Position numbers and translations under genes: made by a program. Of a stretch of DNA of 64,000 nt, positions 59,463 through 64,000 are shown one piece after another. Source of the stretch: an uncultured Methanosarcinales archaeon (GTDB lineage: Archaea; Halobacteriota; Methanosarcinia; Methanotrichales; Methanotrichaceae); NCBI GenBank assembly GCA_963843555.1, contig CAWJKV010000005.1, positions 224,001 to 288,000 on the forward strand, in the 5' to 3' direction. Position 1 is the first letter of the stretch, and each line of letters starts with the position of its first letter. The notes beneath the pieces are model-generated. The model saw nothing but the letters and a program-made list of their open reading frames with translations. It did not search any database and was not told where the DNA came from.

Positions 59463-62132
59463 ATGAGTAGAGAAGTAGATGTTAGAGATTCCAGCGTCAA
59501 TAGAGCAACGAGCGCCAGAAAGAATAAGCTGACGTCCCTGGCAACGGACGCCACGTCAAAAGATCTCAATGTTAGTATCAAAAGGTTCAACCCGTTCACC
59601 GGCAACCCGGAGTTGATAGCGATCTGAACCAGCCGCGTCTGAGAAGGTCAACTTCGTTCAGAGAGCTCTGGATCATGTCCAGAGGTTATCAAGGCCAATG
59701 GGATTGGCTGCAACTCAGTCTGCCGAGTACATGCCTGATCCGAATTATCAAGACAACCAGCAGCGGTGCAGTGGCTGTCCACCTGCGTCAGAAGTACAAG
59801 GGCATCAAGATCTTTCAGGCAGCTCAGACAGTGCGATTTGATCCTGACGGCGGGATCAAGGAGACTGTGGGCAACAGCTTCACCGTCTCAGCGGATCTTC
59901 CGGTATCGCCCAAGCTATCAGTCGAGGAGGCGGTGCTCGTGGCGGCAAAATTTGTAGCGTCGCCTCATGCCGATGAGCAGGGGGCCAAAGATCAGTTCGG
60001 AGAACCAATGTACTTTAGCAGCATAGACCTGACCGGCTTTGTCCCCAGGGTCACAGCGGCCTTCAACAACGGTCCCGATCGTTCCTCAGTGCTGGAAAGT
60101 GGTCCCTTTGGCGATAGCATTAAGGCCAACCTGGAATGGTTCCCGGTGGGCGACGACTTCAAACTGGCCTGGCAGATGATCCTGACCATGCCCAAATCTG
60201 AAGGTCAGTACCGGGTCATAGTGGATGCAGAGACAGGCGAGATACTCTACTCCCATCAGCTCATGAAATCTTTGACATTCAGAGGAAACGTCTTCAAAGT
60301 GGACGGAGGACAGCCGCGCCAGATGACCGATATTCCTCTTCCAATGAACAACTATGGCATGCCTCCCAGGATGCCCATGCCCCCATCTCCACCTGACTTC
60401 CCCTGGAATTGGGTGGAAAGCGACAGCACTGCAGGCAACAACGTGTATGCTCACCTGGGTGACAACGGTCCGATTGTGAAGGGAACGGTTAAGGACGGAG
60501 TCCTGGTCTTCGACGACCCTGATGATAAAAGCGATTTCCAGAAGGTCGTCAACATATTCTATTACTGCAACTATATGCACGACTTCCTTTACGTTCTGGG
60601 CTTCAGAGAGGCCGACGGGAACTTCCAAAAAGACGATTTCGGCAGGGGAGGGCAACCAGGCGATCGCGTCGATGCCCGCTCTTATCCGGGAGCAGTTAGC
60701 GGTACCGCCAACATGTCCACTCCGGCGGACGGCAAGACGCCTATTATGAGAATGGGGCTGGTGACTTCAACACAACGTCATACTGCCATGGACTCCACCG
60801 TCGTCTTCCACGAGTATACCCATGGCCTAACCAACCGCCTGGTCGGCGGGCCCATGAATGACAGCGCTCTGGAAGCAGAACAGAGCGGAGGGATGGGTGA
60901 GGGCTGGAGCGACTACATGGCCTGCACCATCAATAACATCGACGTGGTCGGGGCATGGGTAGTTAACAACCCCGACGGCATCAGGCAGTTCCGCTATGAC
61001 AGCAATTTTCCGGACAACTTCGGAGATATCGGGAGCGGTCGCTACGATGAGGTGCACAACATCGGAGAGCTCTGGTGCGCGACCTTATTGGAGATGAACA
61101 GGAGGATAGGAGATGAGCTGACCCTAAATCTGGTACTGGACTCCCTGAGGCTGGCACCTGCAAATCCAAGTTTCATCGACATGCGCGACTCCATGCTTGC
61201 GGCTCTTGAACATATGCTTACAGCCCCTAATCCCATGAGCCCTGCGGATTACGACAAGGCCAAAACGGGAATGTGGGCGGTCTTTGCCAAGTTCGGCATG
61301 GGTGTGGGAGCAAGATCGAATGGCGCAACTCTGGATGGAGTTGTGGGAAGCTTCGAGATTCCCTCCCCGGTAGAGCCAGGGACGACGATACATGTGGAGG
61401 CAAACCCCAATCTGGCCATTCCGGATAATAATTCGAATGGAGCCACCAGCGTGCTAAATGTAACTGAGACGGTCGCAGTCGCACGATTGGCAGTCACACT
61501 CAAGATCCAGCACAGCTATATCGGAGACCTCAATGTGAGCCTGACCACACCGAACGGCAAGATCGCCATCCTGAGCGACAGGGAGGGAGCAAGCACGCAT
61601 AACATGGACAGGACCTTTACGAGCCAGGATACGCCGGTTCTGGCTGCACTCATAGGCGAACAGGCCAGAGGGAGACTGGATCCTGAAGGTCGCAGACGTG
61701 GCAGAGAATGATACCGGCACATTAGATCACTGGAGCCTGGATTTTAATCCCTCTCAGGTGAAGGAGCCGGTGCGCGGCGAGGCGACACCAGCAACAGCGA
61801 TCCCTGATAAAGATCCCAGCGGCGTTTCCAGCATCATTGCCATCCCCCAATCCGGCAAAATCCAGGGATTGAAGGTCGGAGTCGATATCACTCACACGTA
61901 TATTGGCGACCTGAAGGTAGAGCTGACCTCACCCGCGGGCAACAAGGTTGTGCTCTGGAACCAGGCCGGGTCCGGTCAAGACAACCTGATAACCGTCTTC
62001 GATCCAGTATCGATACCGGCTCTGGCGACTCTGGCCGGCCAGGAGATGAAGGGCAACTGGACTCTGAAAGTGAGCGACCTGGTGGGTCAGGATGTAGGTA
62101 AGCTTAACAAGTGGAACCTGGAGATTACCTGA
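59463..62132 (+). CDS. M36 (fungalysin-like) metallopeptidase with propeptide and two P-proprotein-convertase domains; several frameshifts
   Basis: VFHEYTHGLTNRL (HEXXH), GMGEGWSD, EVHNIGELW; P-domains IQHSYIGDL and ITHTYIGDL...GNWTLKV. Confidence 0.88.
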
Positions 62133-62239
62133 TCCAAACGAGAGATCAATTTCTAAATTAAATTCTATTTTTTATCATCTTCGATCAAGTGATCAACTCC
62201 GCACCAAGAAATTATTTATTGCTTCCCGGCATAACTATC

Positions 62240-63142
62240 ATGGTGACCTACTACGATGCGGTTCGGCGCATTCTTATCGTTGTATTCGTCCTGAACATAT
62301 CCGTAGCCCTGCTTAAAGGAGGTTATGGCCTGATCACCAACTCCCTGAGCATGAGCGCCGACGGCCTGCATTCCCTTTTCGATAGCACCTCCAACATCAT
62401 AGGCCTGGTGGGCATCTCCATAGCCTCCCGCCCGCCCGACAAGGAGCATCCATACGGCCATGCCAAGTTCGAGACATTTGCCTCTATAGGCATCGCCGTC
62501 CTTCTCTTCTCCAGCTGCTTTCAACTGATACTGGCCTCAATCGATCGCTTTGAAAATCCGTCTGTCCCCGAGGTAACCTTGCTCTCCTTCGGCATCATGG
62601 GCCTGACTCTTGCTATCAACATCGGCGTTTCGGCTTATGAGTATATCCTGGGCAAGAGGTTGAAGAGCAGCATCCTGGTGGCCGACTCCATGCACACCCG
62701 AAGCGACGTTTATGCTTCGCTGGGGGTCATTCTGGGACTTGTGGCCATCAAGATGGGCTACCCACTGGCCGATCCGGTCATAGCCCTGATCATCTGCGGC
62801 CTGATCATTTTGACCGGCCTGGAGATCATAAGAGACAGCTCCAGTGTCTTGCTGGATAAGGCTCCGATTGAAGAGAGCGTGATAGTCGATCTGGCAAAGT
62901 CGGTAGATGGGGTTTGCACCTGCCACCGCGTCCGGACGCGCGGCATGGCGGGAGAGATTTATGTGGATCTGCATATCGGAGTGGACTCGTCGCTATCCAT
63001 CGACGCCGCTCATAAAGTGGCCAAAGATGTAGAGCATAACATAAAAAGCAAGATCATTGGCGTCAAGGATGTAGTGGTGCACCTGGAGCCCAAGGACTAC
63101 TGCGAGATGAGGGCTCCAAAAGGCTCAGCCAGCCAGGAGTGA
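62240..63142 (+). CDS. Cation diffusion facilitator (FieF-like)
   Basis: ADGLHSLFD, HPYGHAKFE, ADSMHTRSD, VVVHLEP. Confidence 0.95.
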   Translation: MVTYYDAVRRILIVVFVLNISVALLKGGYGLITNSLSMSADGLHSLFDSTSNIIGLVGISIASRPPDKEHPYGHAKFETFASIGIAVLLFSSCFQLILASIDRFENPSVPEVTLLSFGIMGLTLAINIGVSAYEYILGKRLKSSILVADSMHTRSDVYASLGVILGLVAIKMGYPLADPVIALIICGLIILTGLEIIRDSSSVLLDKAPIEESVIVDLAKSVDGVCTCHRVRTRGMAGEIYVDLHIGVDSSLSIDAAHKVAKDVEHNIKSKIIGVKDVVVHLEPKDYCEMRAPKGSASQE

Positions 63143-63215
63143 GTCTGTCTAAAAGCGATAATAGGAAAAAAATGGAGGATGAGTATGGCGGATGAGCATG
63201 GGGGGAGAAGTACTG

Positions 63216-64000
63216 ATGCAAGATATTATAATTGCTGTTTCTGAGTCAGGAACCGCGCAGACCAGAACCTTTGACTACATAGTTACAGTGGCGGGAGAGG
63301 TCAAAGCCGAGGAGGACGCTCTCACCCGTCCAGACTTCCCAGGTGCGAGAGATGGCAATGCAGTATCTCTCTCTTCTGAATAGCGCAAGCCCGGGCGGGA
63401 AGAGTTATCTGCCCATCCTGGGAGCAGGTCTATTTCATCTCTTTCTTGAGGCCGGATGGCAGGAATTCGGCTCAAAGGTATTGCCGGGAGGTAGACTGGT
63501 TATCAGTTCGTCAATTCCGGAGGTTCTGCAGCTGCCCTGGGAAGAGCTCCGCCTACCCGGCCTGGAAAATACCCTGGGCCAGAGCGACAAATTCAGCATC
63601 TTACGCCATCCAAAGAGTTCGGTTGGACTTTCCACATCCTCGCACGATCTGTCTCCCGGCCCCTTGCGGGTGCTCTTCCTGGCGGCCGAGCCCCTGGAAT
63701 TCGAGCGAGAAGAGAGCGAGATGCTCAAAATTGCCGAGGGACTGGAATTAATACTGGAGATCTCTGACACCGGAACCCTGGAAGAGCTGAAAAGCCTGGC
63801 TGAGGCCTTCCGCCCTCACCTGGTGCACCTGGTGGGCCAGGGAAGAATGACCGGCGTTCAGGCCCTGTTTTCCATGCCGGGCACGGGAGGCCGAATGATC
63901 CCTCGATCTGCAGAGGAGCTGGCCGGGGCCCTGAGGAATAATGGTGTCGAGTGTTTAATCCTGGGCGGCCGGCAGAGCGAGCCCGCATTTGCTCAGGGGC
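63216..64000 (+). CDS. CHAT-domain protein, frameshifted, truncated by the window end
   Basis: PEVLQLPWE, PLRVLFLAAEP, GTLEEL, PHLVHLVGQG, LILGGRQS. Confidence 0.7.

Overview
Chromosomal segment of an acetoclastic methanogen, most likely Methanothrix (Methanosaeta). The evidence is an mcrBDGA operon without mcrC, plus mmp10, smc/scpA/scpB, topA, pelota, aroA', tupABC and three tRNAs (Ile2-CAT, intron-containing Asn-GTT, Thr-TGT). Core genes alternate with accessory patches: an HTH + nucleotidyltransferase module, a Mg2+ transport cluster, an ~8.5 kb mosaic between scpA and scpB, VapBC pairs around a restriction-modification remnant, an M36 protease and a CHAT-domain gene. The mosaic holds an RNase J-like nuclease, a beta/gamma-crystallin pseudogene, an IS200 remnant, a methyltransferase and a sulfatase. 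Two candidates for undescribed systems stand out. The first is a two-gene unit (48235-51477): a cobalamin-dependent radical SAM enzyme followed by a protein with eight tandem W-x-E-P-[VA]-H repeats and three PGVREPAH repeats, resembling a multi-core RiPP or protein-modification system. The second is a ~485-nt densely base-paired, apparently non-coding element (2531-3014) that I could not assign to a known RNA family. Many genes, including topA, carry apparent single-base frameshifts, probably consensus errors, so pseudogene calls based on frameshifts alone are unreliable. All calls were made by eye; no database searches were run.
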